This document shows, piece after piece, positions 52,592-64,000 of a stretch of 64,000 nt of DNA (within the stretch, counting starts at the first letter, position 1; each line of letters starts with the position of its first letter). The DNA is from Rhizophagus irregularis. Taxonomy: Eukaryota. The notes under the pieces are model-generated. The model was not told where the DNA came from and ran no database searches. It saw only the letters and a list, made by a program, of their open reading frames with translations. The DNA lies in contig NC_089433.1 of assembly GCF_026210795.1 (NCBI RefSeq), positions 4,712,001 to 4,776,000 on the forward strand. Direction: 5' to 3'. A program made the translations under genes and the position numbers.

Positions 52592-53947
52592 TTATAAACA
52601 TTTATCTATTAAAGATTGAGTAGGAAATTTTAATATAGGAAAATCCTTATCATTTACAAAAAAACCTATATTACCACCAAGAGAAGATTTAACATGTAGA
52701 TGAGCTTTTCTTTTACAACTACCTAATCTAAAAGAATCTTCAAGAGTTCCAACCAATTCAAAACCAACTTTCTTATTTAGAATTCGACCTTCAAGTATTT
52801 TTATACCAAAAGCTAATTGTGATTTTAATGTAGCAGTAATAATAACAAAAGCTTTGGCACTAGCACTTGGAATATGTGCATTAACTATAGGGTTGAACCC
52901 AGATTGCTCAAAATTTGGTAGGCCTTTAAATGATGCCTTAGCACTAAAATTTGGTAAACTAAAATTACCACCAAATTTAAGAGCTGCTCTTGCATCCGCA
53001 AGAGCATCAGCTGCAGCAACAAGGTCAATTTCAGGGCCGAGTTCTAATAAACCTGGTATATTAAAAGCACCTATTTTGATACTTGCAATAGGAGAATTTA
53101 TAGATGCTTTTTCTTCATGGCTTATTTCTTTTGGAGCTTCAAGGGAAAAATCAAGGTTTACGAGTAAATTTCCACTAAGAGTAATTGAAGCTTCTTTCAA
53201 TTTAGGAGGAAAAATTTTACCTCTAATTCTCAATGCAAGAGCAGCTTCACCTTTTGTAAAACAATTAGCGCAAAGCAATTTAATATTTTTATTATTTATA
53301 AGTGATATATCTGGTTTTGAAGATTTATCACTTGCTGAATCAAATAAAATATTTAAACCTATTTTATTACTAATATTAATTGTTGGAAATGAAATGCCGA
53401 ATCTTTCTTCTAGACTGCGACGAGTATTATTATTTGTTTGTTTCCCTTCGACCCAATTAATATTGATATCGTAATCTTCTAAATTGTGTGGAAAATCGCA
53501 TCTCATAATAGCAAAAGTTGTAACTAATTTAGATTCATCTATAACTCTGTCAGTAGCCTTAAAAAATTGAGTAGACCTTTTACCAAAGCATTCCCATTTA
53601 TGAGAAATTAATAACATAATTCTTTCAGGCCATTTCTTAACGTCCTCGGCCGCTTTTTTGTCCTTTAAGCTGAAAGCAATTTTTCTTTTACCATTTGCCT
53701 CTGTTTTACAAATAACACTTTCTACACCACTTTGATCAGGATTAAATGATGGTAAGTTGGTCTTTAAATTAAATTTTGCCTTATGATATCCTTCTGAAGG
53801 ATCACCAACTTGTTGACTATAGACAGCACTAAGTAAGTTTGTTGTTTTAAATTTTTTGTTACCCATAACAACATCAAAATCTTTTGATGCGGCAACAATT
53901 CCAAAAAAGAAAAGGAGTAAAAGCGAATTTAAAATGAACTTGATCAT
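52592..53947 (-). CDS. Intronless secreted protein (451 aa), predicted beta-rich; unknown function
   Basis: Signal peptide MIKFILNSLLLLFFFGIVAA. The LLCANCFTKG and FNIPGLLELGPEIDL segments resemble a family of uncharacterised secreted fungal proteins. Confidence 0.85.
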   Translation of the reverse strand: MIKFILNSLLLLFFFGIVAASKDFDVVMGNKKFKTTNLLSAVYSQQVGDPSEGYHKAKFNLKTNLPSFNPDQSGVESVICKTEANGKRKIAFSLKDKKAAEDVKKWPERIMLLISHKWECFGKRSTQFFKATDRVIDESKLVTTFAIMRCDFPHNLEDYDININWVEGKQTNNNTRRSLEERFGISFPTINISNKIGLNILFDSASDKSSKPDISLINNKNIKLLCANCFTKGEAALALRIRGKIFPPKLKEASITLSGNLLVNLDFSLEAPKEISHEEKASINSPIASIKIGAFNIPGLLELGPEIDLVAAADALADARAALKFGGNFSLPNFSAKASFKGLPNFEQSGFNPIVNAHIPSASAKAFVIITATLKSQLAFGIKILEGRILNKKVGFELVGTLEDSFRLGSCKRKAHLHVKSSLGGNIGFFVNDKDFPILKFPTQSLIDKCL

Positions 53948-54457
53948 TTTGAATTTCGAAAGTGATACTAAAATTTATTCCAATATTAAGATGATTGAAA
54001 AAATTAAAAAAAATTACGAAAAGTTTGTATCATATATGTAAATAGACAGTATTAGTTCGAATATAATGATATTAGAATATATTTAGACGCGTCTTATAGC
54101 GTCAAAAGGAATGTTAAAAAGAATTATTTGAGAAATGTTTTTTTTTTTTCGTCGGATAAAGAAATTTTTTCAGGATTTATATAAAAATTATTTCAATATT
54201 TTTAAGATTTACATAAATGAAATCATTATATCAGAAACTTCTTTTTGATAATCATTATAATAACGTAAAAAGAATAAACATATTAATAATATTTCATTCA
54301 TTGAAGGTTATTCAGTACTGTACGAATTTGCAAATCTGTTATAGAGCTAGTACAGTACAGTACGATTGATTTTTTTTTATATGACGTCTAATTGTCCAAA
54401 TAACTATTATAATTAAATGGACGCTGGTGTCCAAATAACGGTACATTTAGTCATATT

Positions 54458-54606
54458 CCCTGTTAAAAAGTCGATCCGTTTTTCATATTCCATCTTTTTT
54501 CCGTAAAAGGCTCATATTTCCGGAATTAATAACGGAATTTATCAAATTACTTATATTTTTCTATGAATAGATTCATGAAAGGCTCATTTCTACGGAGTTT
54601 TAACAG
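54458..54606. mobile_element. CCCTG-terminal MITE, itself inside another inverted-repeat element (about 54380-54860)
   Basis: CTGTTAAAA...TTTTAACAG termini; homologous in reverse to 44552-44809. Flanked by GTCCAAATAAC / GTTATTTGGAC inverted motifs. Confidence 0.6.
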
Positions 54607-55679
54607 TTATAAGAATTGATCATTTAGATCTATTTCATGTGATTATTTGGACGCCATTGTCCATTTTACATGTGGTTATTTGAACATCAATTTCGTTTAA
54701 TATTTGAGCATCAGGACATCAATTTTACTCAGAAAAAAAAAAAGAAAAGCATCAGGACATTTAATATTTGGACATTAATATCCATTTAATATTTGGACAT
54801 CAATGTCCATTAATATAATAGTTATTATTTAATATAATAGTTATTTGAATATCACACGAAAAAAAAGAAAAAAAATTTATTAACTGTACATATTTACTAA
54901 AATATATGAGATTTAATAAATATTTAATAAGCGACCAGAAAAATTTAATTAGCTAATAAAGGAAAACAGACTCGGAAAAATCAAAAGATTTGAAAAAAAA
55001 AGTGACCGCAAATTAATAGGCAGTAAGTAGTAGTTATTAAGTACATTTGAAAATTGAAAACCTTAAAAACGAATATTTTCGTCATTTCACGACGAAGAAA
55101 TAATTATAACCTTACTGTTGCGATTCCAAGATTGGGAATAATTGAAATCATAAGAAATTTCTTTTAACTTTATCGGATTAAAATTCAATAAATCAAACGG
55201 AAATTCTTTAAAAAATTTTTTTTTTTCTTTTTTGAACGAACGAAATTTCTATTTCTTTGCGTATTCTGATATCCGATTGAATGGACTTTTAATTTTGTTC
55301 AGATCTTCTGTTATTTCTTTGCTAATTAATGTTATTTTATTTTAAATTTTGTAATCAAATAATTCTTTTGGCAGTCAACCACTTCTATGTACCATATTGT
55401 CAAACCAAAATGGGAATCATTTATTAATTATGGAAATTGGAGTTTCAGGAAACGACTTTGGGGACAATGGCATCAGATGTAATTGATTATCTTATATGTT
55501 CCAAATTCTTTTATTTACTTTTTTTTATTATTCTTTTAATTTTTATAATTAACATGAACGAATAAGATTTTTTTTTTTTAAAAAAGAATTATATTTAGGA
55601 AAGCTTTGAAGATCCTTTTAATTTTTATAATTAATATGAACGAATAATTGAAAAGCTTTGAAGATCAATTTAATTTGAT

Positions 55680-56776
55680 CACGATTTTTCCCGAAATCAT
55701 TTACCTGATTGGCTAATTTCCCAAACTGGACTATTCCTAAAACATACAATTTCCCCGACCCGAATCCAATATTCTGAATCCCAATATTTACTATTTTTAA
55801 ACTTTTTGCTAAATATTAGCCCTGTTCATTTCCGGTCGGTTGCATTTTTCGGTCGGATTTTGTTGTACAAAAATTATCCAATAAAATTTTTTCATTTTCG
55901 ATCGCAAATTGAACTGCTTTAGATTGAAATTTAGTTCGAACTCCTTCTATTGATATATATTTTTTTCTTAAATGTCACGTAAACAGAAATTATCTAATTT
56001 TGGTTGGTTATTTTTGGCGTTCGACCAAAAAACCCCCAAAAAAATTGGGCTAAAAGTTCAGAAAATGGTTGCATTGTACAAACTGATCAGCCCAATCAAA
56101 ATTAACTTAAATCTGACCGAAAAATGCGACCGACCGGAAATGAACAGGGCTAATAATATTTGTTGAATTGCTAAATAAAAAATTATTTTAAACTAGTAAA
56201 ATGTCAAAAAAACACCGCGCGTGTGATCATCACCACACCAGCATTAGCAAATATTCATGACATTTTTAATTCTGACTAAAATTCTACCAGTAGCAATACA
56301 CTTTTAGAATATCTTATAGATAATGTTTTGTTATTAATTTTCCTATGTACAGTATATTGCGAAATTAACAAACGCCTAGTAATAACTAACTTCAATTCCA
56401 ATTAATGTTATGTCACACTTTTAAAATTTTTTAATAATATCGTTTTCATCTGATCTCTTTGAATAGATATATTGAATTATGACGCAATATTTTATAAACT
56501 AATATGTAGTAAATTTTAAAAAATACAGTTTATATATTTCTATAAAAATTTTTAGAAAAATGCAAGTGTCCGGAATAAAAACCAGAAAATCGGAATTTTT
56601 TTTATAGGGATTTCAACAGGAAATTGCCCATTCAGGATATTAGGATTAAGATATTAGGACTCAGATTTCTGGGATTCGGAAAATAAGGATTTGGGAAATT
56701 GTATATTTTAAGAAAGGGTCAGTTTGGGAAATTAATATATTTAGGAAAATGGCATTCAGGAAATGGTCTGACAATG
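55680..56776. mobile_element. Second copy of the long-TIR element, interior in opposite orientation, with nested MITEs
   Basis: Right end GGAAATGGTCTGACAATG resembles 52117-52134. The interior 56290-56530 is the reverse complement of about 51570-51810. Confidence 0.7.
55817..56152. mobile_element. MITE with about 43-bp TIRs (TAGCCCTGTTCATTTCCGGTCGG...), hAT-like termini
   Basis: Near-perfect terminal inverted repeat; no clean 8-bp TSD is visible. Confidence 0.75.
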
Positions 56777-56811
56777 ATTTTATATGTACAAAAAATTTTC
56801 GATACCATTGT

Positions 56812-57262
56812 CCCTATAAAAAAATTGGATACGTTTTTTATAAAGTTTTTATACGATTTTTTTCCTTAGAAATAACGTATCATAATAGGATACGGAAAAA
56901 TGCACAATTCCGTATCACTAAAAATATGGTTTGGATACGGAATTTGCACGGGATTTATATGGAATTTACATGATTTGATCACTGATTTTATCACGAAATT
57001 TATACGATTTGGTCACTGAATTTACTATTTGTATTACAGTTTACTATAATTGTATTTACATAAATCTAATTTCACTTTATTAAATTAAATAAAAAATAAA
57101 AAATAAACAAAGTACAAATACATTATGAAAATTCCCTCCTTATTAAAACCACCTATTGCAACAAGTTCAGGTTCATTTGGAGTCAAACAACCTAAAAGAA
57201 CAAAAAAAAAAATTGGAAACAAAACCCCCCCTCATATAGTATCTGCAATCGTCCAAGTCACC
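56812..57262. mobile_element. Left end of the CCC-terminal element family of 11432-12934; no matching right end found in the window
   Basis: Near-identical to 11432-11890 apart from small indels, then diverges abruptly. Confidence 0.85.
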
Positions 57263-58025
57263 AAATAAATCTCATCTCCGATATTTATCTTAACATTTAT
57301 TATTGGATTAATAATTATATATTCTTTTTTATTTATAATATTTCCAGTTGAATTTTCTTTTGCATATCCTCGTTTCTTTATAACTTCTCTTATACTTTCT
57401 TCTAATTGTCCATTATGATCTCGGAGAATTTTAATAAATATAATTCCATATGAACAATATTCACCATATTTTTGTTTAACTCACATCTCGCTCCTTTAGT
57501 TGTTATATCAATACGCTGAGATTTTTCCATAATTTCAAGTTTTCCTTCTTATTTTATGTTTTGTCCACACACATTTTCTTGTCTTTTTAAATTTGATAAC
57601 GAAATACTCCGTCCACATGTTATCCAAACGTAATATACCTCTTCTTTAACTATGTTTCTCAACCTTTTTCATTTTTCTGATACTGCTATTCAATCTGACG
57701 AAATATTTCCTTACTTTTTAACCTTGTAATAAATGAAATTTAATAATAATCTATCGATGATAAAATATGAAATTATTATTAAATTAATATATCTCAACAA
57801 AGCAATAAACTAATTTATTTTTACTGGATAATGAGTTAATTGAACTTAACTGTTATTTAATAATTAAAATCTAGCAAAATACATAATAAAATTTTTTATA
57901 ATCCATTTTATTAAAATTACTATATTATATTAATAATACAAATCATTATTGTTATTAAAGAATTACTATATTATATTAACAAATCATTAAAGAATATTCC
58001 GTTATTAAAGAATTACTATATTATA

Positions 58026-58904
58026 TTAATAATACGAATCATTAAAGAATATTCCTTTTGAATAAATATCTATTTTTATATCATACCAATCATGATCCTT
58101 TTCTTCATTTTCTATTAACGCTTGTTCACGTTTTCTCAAAAAATTATTATTTACTTTTCTATTTTTACATTTAATAATTTCTTTTCCATCAAACACCTCC
58201 TTTAAACAATATAATCTTCTATTATCCATTGACCAAACCTTTCCTTCATAAACACATATTTCTATTATTGGTAATTCATTTCCATATTTTATTTCCTTAT
58301 TTTTCAATTCATTAACCGTTTCATATATGCTCTTCCTAATTAATCCTCTTCCTTTAAATAATGGATTAATTTTTCTTTGACTATATCTAATAATTTCTAA
58401 TGGTACATCAATCACATCATTATTTTCACACTGTAAATTATTAATAAAAATTATTTCATTAATACTTTTTAACATTATTTTCTCAAAAATTTTTCCCATA
58501 TTTCTCAATTCTATTTTTCCATTATAATCATCACCACAATCCCATTCATTATTATCATCACTACAATCCCATTCATTATCATCATCACTACAACCCCAAT
58601 CATTATTATCATCACTACAACCCCATTCATTATTATCATCACTACAACCCCAATCATTATTATCATCACTACAACCCCAATCATTATTATCATCACTACA
58701 ATCCCATTCATATTCATATTTCTCATCCTTTTTATAGATTAATAAATTATTTTTAATTTTGTAATACAATCTTTTTATCTTAGACATTAACGGTTCTTCA
58801 CATCCTATACACGTAATTTCATTACATTTTTTACAAATATCGTTATCATAACTTAATTCCCAACTTTCAACGGTTTGACCACTTTTAAATTTATTAATTT
58901 TCAT
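58026..58904 (-). CDS. Intronless 292-aa protein: CxxC-x4-CxxC, seven W(G/D)CSDDNN(D/E) repeats, C-terminal ParB/Srx-like (Tox-ParB-like) domain
   Basis: The motif series IRYSQRKI..F..SIYETVNEL..LPIIEI..GKVWSMDNRRLYCLKE matches the IRFSQ...SLDNRRL signature I recall for ParB-like toxin domains. Confidence 0.7.
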   Translation of the reverse strand: MKINKFKSGQTVESWELSYDNDICKKCNEITCIGCEEPLMSKIKRLYYKIKNNLLIYKKDEKYEYEWDCSDDNNDWGCSDDNNDWGCSDDNNEWGCSDDNNDWGCSDDDNEWDCSDDNNEWDCGDDYNGKIELRNMGKIFEKIMLKSINEIIFINNLQCENNDVIDVPLEIIRYSQRKINPLFKGRGLIRKSIYETVNELKNKEIKYGNELPIIEICVYEGKVWSMDNRRLYCLKEVFDGKEIIKCKNRKVNNNFLRKREQALIENEEKDHDWYDIKIDIYSKGIFFNDSYY

Positions 58905-58906
58905 AT

Positions 58907-59491
58907 TTGCACTAATTAATTATTGAAGATATAGAAAGGAAATGGTTGATGTGAGCGAAGAAGTAATTAAAGATATCAGTAGTTAATGAGTGTGAGTTTG
59001 CATAGAGCGTGAGTTTGTAAATTGCACCAATTAATTATTGAAGAAGATATAGAAAGGAAATGGTTGATGTGAGCGAAGAAGTAATTAAAGATATCAGTAG
59101 TTAATGAGCGTGAGTTTGCATAGAGCGTGAGTTTGTAAATTGCACTAATTAATTATTGAAGAGGATATAGAAAGGAAATGGTTGATGTGAGCGAAGAAGT
59201 AATTAAAAATATCAGTAGTTAATGAGCGTGAGTTTGCATAGAGCGTGAGTTTGTAAATTTGCACTAATTAATTATTGAAGAAGATATAGAAAGGAAATGG
59301 TTGATGTGAGCGAAGAAGTAATTAAAGATATCAGTAGTTAATGAGCGTGATTTTGCATAGAGCGTGAGTTTGTAAATTGCACTAATTAATTATTGAAGAA
59401 GATATAGAAAGGAAATGGTTGATGCGAGCGAAGAAGTAATTAAAGATATCAGTTAATGAGCGTGAGTTTGCATAGAGCGTGAGTTTGTAAA
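58907..59491. repeat. Tandem array of 5 x about 118 bp abutting the ATG of the ParB-like gene
   Basis: Units start at about 58907, 59022, 59140, 59259 and 59377 and are near-identical. Confidence 0.95.
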
Positions 59492-59606
59492 ATTATAATT
59501 TTATAGAAATTTAACAAGTAATTTTTTTATTGAAAACTTCATCTCCTTTATCTCCTTTTATAATATTTCTTTTGTGTGATTTTTGTGTTGTGTACGATCA
59601 ATATAA

Positions 59607-59793
59607 TTATGAGTCATCTTTTACGCGGTTTCTTTAGACTATATTAGTACAACTTTAGTTATTGTAATAAAATTAATTGTGTTGATTTTTTATCCAAGTA
59701 TTATGAGTCATCTTTTACGCGGTTTCTTTAGACTATATTAGTACAACTTTAGTTATTGTACAAAATTAATTGTGTTAATTTTTTATCCAAGTT
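59607..59793. repeat. Tandem duplication, 2 x 94 bp
   Basis: TTATGAGTCATCTTTTACGCGGTTTCTTTAGAC occurs at 59607 and 59701. Confidence 0.9.
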
Positions 59794-60035
59794 ATAAAAA
59801 ACTGAAACAATTTTAATGTTGTCACAGATAAATATTTTTGTTTTGAAACAATTTCAAATTTATTATTATGGCATTAAAAGCATAAGTTACAATATAAGAG
59901 CAATGACACATATTTGCTAATATTTTAGGGGCAAAATTCTTAGTGGTTACACAATTTGTAAAGAAAGTGATTGGTTGTAAATGGGGTCAACAAAAATCTT
60001 ACATGGGTTGCTATATTAAAATAATATTAGTTAAT

Positions 60036-60210
60036 ATATGGGGACTGGTCTAGCAAAACAAGGGGTTTGGTCTTAAAAAAAACTTTTTAAGTTTATATGA
60101 CAATTATATGTCAATTCCACTAAAAATTACAAATACACATGTGTATAATAAAATTTCAAAAAAAAATTTTTTGGACCTAACCCCTTGTTTTGCTGGACCA
60201 GTCCCCATAT
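60036..60210. mobile_element. Small MITE with about 45-bp TIRs
   Basis: ATATGGGGACTGGTCTAGCAAAACAAGGGGTT at the left end; AACCCCTTGTTTTGCTGGACCAGTCCCCATAT at the right end. Confidence 0.75.
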
Positions 60211-61169
60211 GTCAAATTGATTTTTAAATTATAATTTTTGCATTATTTATGTGTCAATTTGTATCAAAAAAATATTTCTAATTTAAAATCCATCATTCTA
60301 ATAGATTAAAATATTAATCAAAACATTTATTTCTTGAACAGATTCATAATTTGTCAGTATTAAGAAATTCATTTGCTAAATCTTTAAATTTAAATTTAAT
60401 AAAACATATTATTCTATTATTATCCTTTTAATAAAATAGTTAAATTCCGTCCTCCCTGTCTTAAAGAAAAAAGTGAAAAAAACTGTAATAATATAATATA
60501 TTCTATCAGTTTTAAAAAAGCAATAATATAAGAGATATTTTAATTTAGTAAAATAGTATCAATATGTTGTTATTTATTTTAAATATGAATGAAAAAAAAG
60601 AAATTACATATAAAAAATGCCAGAAGTCCCATAAAAGGAATATTCAGAAAAATACTATTAAAAATAACTTGAACTGTTCAAGTATTTTATAAAAACAATA
60701 AAAATATCTAGAAAATATTCAAAATTGTCATCCAAATTTTTTTTATGTTCAGAATTTGTTAAGTATGAAAGTCTCAGACAATTCAAATTCTAACATGAAA
60801 AAAAATCCTAACCCATTATTATTAGAAATATTAATAATACATGATTAAGTGGAATAAAAAATATGGTGTACAGTAAATGAAATTCTATAGGAAAAGTTTA
60901 ATAAAGCTTATAAGTGGATTAAAAAATAGCATGAAAATGAATTTATAGAAAGTTAAATAAAGCTTATTTATGATGTCAAATAATGAAACTATATTCCTTA
61001 TCTATATTACATCATCAAAAAAATTGTGAACCAACTTTTGCAAGTTTTTTTTTTTCTCATGTTTAATCAATTTTTACTAAATCAAAATTTGTGGAACTTA
61101 AATGGAATTACCATACAATATATAAATTTCCGTGTTTCTTTTTTTAATGATACTGACTATATTAAATGT

Positions 61170-61660
61170 ATGATGATAAATTTTTACCAATGTTACATTG
61201 TCCCAAATTTACTAGAAATTTTGAATATTATATGGTATTACTATTGAAGTTGCTTACATAAAAATATTTCATGCACATAGAAGAATATTATCAACTGATG
61301 TTAACAAAAAAAAATGATGGAATTTAAATTACCAAATAATTTTTCAAATAATCTTGAGATACAAAAATAAGAAATTTGGTATAAAGATAAAAAATAAATA
61401 ATTTATATAATACTATTTAATTTTTTTTTTCTAGGTATATTAATGGAAGGAGGCTTTCTTTAGAGAAATACAATATTTCAGACATCATTAAAATCTTGAT
61501 CGCTTCCAGTGAACTTTGTCTTCAAGCATTAAATCCTTCATTTACAATAATTATTTTTGATTGAAAACAAAAAAAAAAATTTTAATATGATATATCAATA
61601 TGCTTTGAAATTGATTCTTTCATGAAATTACAAAATTTTTGTACTGAATTGGTTACGACT
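61170..61660 (+). pseudogene. Decayed BTB/POZ gene fragment
   Basis: Frameshifted fragments DDKFLP, ITIEV, KIFHAH, FQIILR, LSLEKYNISDIIKILIASSELCLQ and KLQNFCTEL are homologous to the neighbouring BTB gene. Confidence 0.7.
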
Positions 61661-62124
61661 TACGAGTGAAGTTGGCTAAGAAAAAAAGATGATGAAAAAA
61701 AATTTTGGAGTTTCAAATTAAATTAAGTAAGAAAACACTGAACACTGAAATTAAAATTATTTTACTTCTAAAGAATAAATAAATTTGAGCTAAAAAAAAA
61801 AGAGGGAAACGTGCAAGGGAAACACAATTTATATTCCAAATTATTAGAATATTTAATAAGTACAAATTAATAAATACGAATTATTAATTCAACATCTTCG
61901 ATAATTTTTAAATCTCTAAAATGTTAAATCCACTACCAAGAATTTCATATATAAAAATTTAACTGCACTATCGTTATATCCTTTATAAATATTAATTTAG
62001 TTTTGTCTTTAACAAATAAAAACAAACGTGATTAACGTGATTAATAATTATCAAAAAGAAGCCAAGATTTGGTCTCATATATGTTTTATTTTTTTTATTT
62101 AACAAGAAAATTATCGATATTTAG

Positions 62125-63645
62125 TTAGCTTCTTATTATTTGAAAGACTTCATAATCTTCTATTGAAAATTCATCTTCAGTGTCTCTTATATTTCTTTCA
62201 TACATCACTTTTTTACAATAAGTTACATTAAAAGATTTAGTATTTCTAGAAATTATGTTAAGATCTTGGCCGAACTGTGGACCACATGATCTGCTATAAT
62301 CTAATGCTCGCCATGCGTCTCTTACATTACTTAAAATTGCATCTTTAATATTCTTATTTTTAAAAGAAAAAATAAAACTTTTATTAGTATAACACCATTT
62401 GCCAGTAGTTTCCCACTTCATAGGATTATATCCACCAAGAATTTCTTCATTTCCTTTTACTTTAATAAATGTAACAGTATTAGTTTTGCCATCGCATAAT
62501 TCATGAAATTTTTTAGGAGTAAATCCATCTCGACTTCCTCTTAATAATAATTCAAATTTGTATGGTAAATATAATTCCTCATAATTATCATTATTTATAG
62601 CTACTTTATCAACCCATTTTGAAACGGTTGAAATAATATTAGAATCTACAATTTTTGAATCAATAATTTGGGAATCGACAATTTTAATTTCATCATTCTT
62701 AATTTTTCTTGGGCGTAAAACGTTGTATTTTGACACACCACCAGGTTCCAAATAAGAATTCAATAAATCTTCATATAATTGTTGATCTAAGAGTTTTTGA
62801 TATGGACGAACTTTTTGCGAGAATTCTCTAGACGATAAACTAAAAAATCTAATTAAAGGCAAACAGTGTTGCAAAATATTTTTCATCGTTTTGAAATCAT
62901 CATCCGACCAAGTTTTAGGATCCGGAATGAGAGATGGATTTTGTGCAAGACCCCATTTTAATACATGTTCCCACACTTCGATTTCTTTCATTTGTAAATC
63001 ATCATTTTTAATAAGTGAAATTAAAAATTTTTCGGAAAGTGTGGTAAAATCAAAAGATTTGAATATTTTTTCGGGTGATTGAATCATTAAATTTGTACAA
63101 AATTCTTGAAGTTCAAATAAATTATTAGATTGTGAAGAAATTTGTTGAGTAATTCCAAAATGTTGTTCTAACAAATCCGACTTATTTTCAATTAAATATT
63201 TTTGTAAATAATCAACTAGTTCTTGAAGATGAAGCTTATCTGCAGCTACCAATGTATTTAGAATATTTAAAGTTTCTTGTCCATTCAACAAAAGAATTCC
63301 ACCATAAATATACCTATAATAAAAAAAAAAATTTAATTATTAAATATTTACAGTAATGTAAATTTAATTGTGAAAATTAAAAACTTACCTTAAAATAATT
63401 TGAAAAATTTCTGGTGATATATTTGGTAATTTAATATGAGCTAATACGTTATCGTTGTTCTTTTTATTGGAAGCTAATATTCGTCGTAAATATGGAGAAC
63501 GGTAACACAAAATATTCATGTGAGCACGAAAAATTTTTACGTTAGGATCTTCACCAACTTCAATTGTAACATCATAATATTCATTATCTTCCAAAAGTTC
63601 AATATAATTTTGGCTTAATAATTTGGAAAATAATTCAGCAGACAT
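62125..63645 (-). CDS. BTB/POZ-BACK-TLDc domain protein; exons 63645-63389 and 63313-62125
   Basis: BTB (YDVTIEVG..KIFRAHMNILCYRSPYLRR), BACK (DDLQMKEIEVWEHVLKWG) and TLDc (LLLRGSRDGF..FHELCD..ILGGYNP..GPQFG..EDYEVF) motifs; GT-AG intron 63388-63314. Confidence 0.95.
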
Positions 63646-64000
63646 TATTTTACGTATTTTTTTAAAAAAATAAGAAAGAAGAAAAAAAAACTATATTTTT
63701 TATTGTTTTTAAATTTGTGGAGTTAAATAATGATGATAATCTGTGCCCATATATTAGCACAAACTTTTGTTACACAATTCAAGGGGACCAATCGGACCAT
63801 AGTAATCTATCTAATTAAAAAAATTTTGTCATATTTAGATTACCCATATAAATAATTTGAATTGTGTAACATTCAAAAGTGTGATATTCTTGCGCCCGAT
63901 CTATTTCGTATTTATCATATCATCATAATTAAGAAAATCTTTAAACTGATACATTTCCGGTTAATTAAAATTTTAACTGGATTTTTTTTTATTCTAATGA

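Noticed and set aside
52854..53474. 206-aa plus-strand ORF
   Set aside because: Antisense shadow of the secreted-protein gene.
58511..58726. Hydrophobic repetitive ORF (also 41119-41334)
   Set aside because: Alternative-frame readings of coding tandem repeats in the overlapping real ORFs.
58907..59491. 118-bp array as a CRISPR or another intron/micro-exon array
   Set aside because: There are no spacers, and no donor/acceptor pattern on the strand of the adjacent gene.

Overview
This is very AT-rich eukaryotic DNA with short spliceosomal introns. Its gene content points to an arbuscular mycorrhizal fungus (Glomeromycotina, Rhizophagus-like; inferred): tyrosine-kinase-like (TKL) kinases, a BTB-BACK-TLDc gene, a Crinkler-like PD-(D/E)xK nuclease gene, LINE remnants and many MITEs. 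The main result concerns the apparent 3.5-kb AT-rich 'satellite' at 21.2-24.85 kb. Read on the minus strand it is a tandem array of spliceosomal introns (GTAAGT...CTAAC...YAG, 84-117 nt) separated by 33 three-nucleotide micro-exons plus one 1-nt exon. These join an N-terminal lipidation-type exon (MGQCIGK) in frame to an intact TKL kinase. Each codon is split across two micro-exons, so exon skipping could recode and resize a His/Tyr/Pro/Asp-rich segment without shifting the frame. Also notable: an intronless ParB/Srx-like (SMDNRRL) gene bracketed by tandem repeats next to a CCC-ended transposon end; a duplicated pair of unannotated small His-rich, basic-tailed genes; a second, decaying intron/micro-exon array; a 5'-truncated LINE with a 17-bp TSD; and nested MITEs. 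All gene models were built by eye and need RNA evidence.
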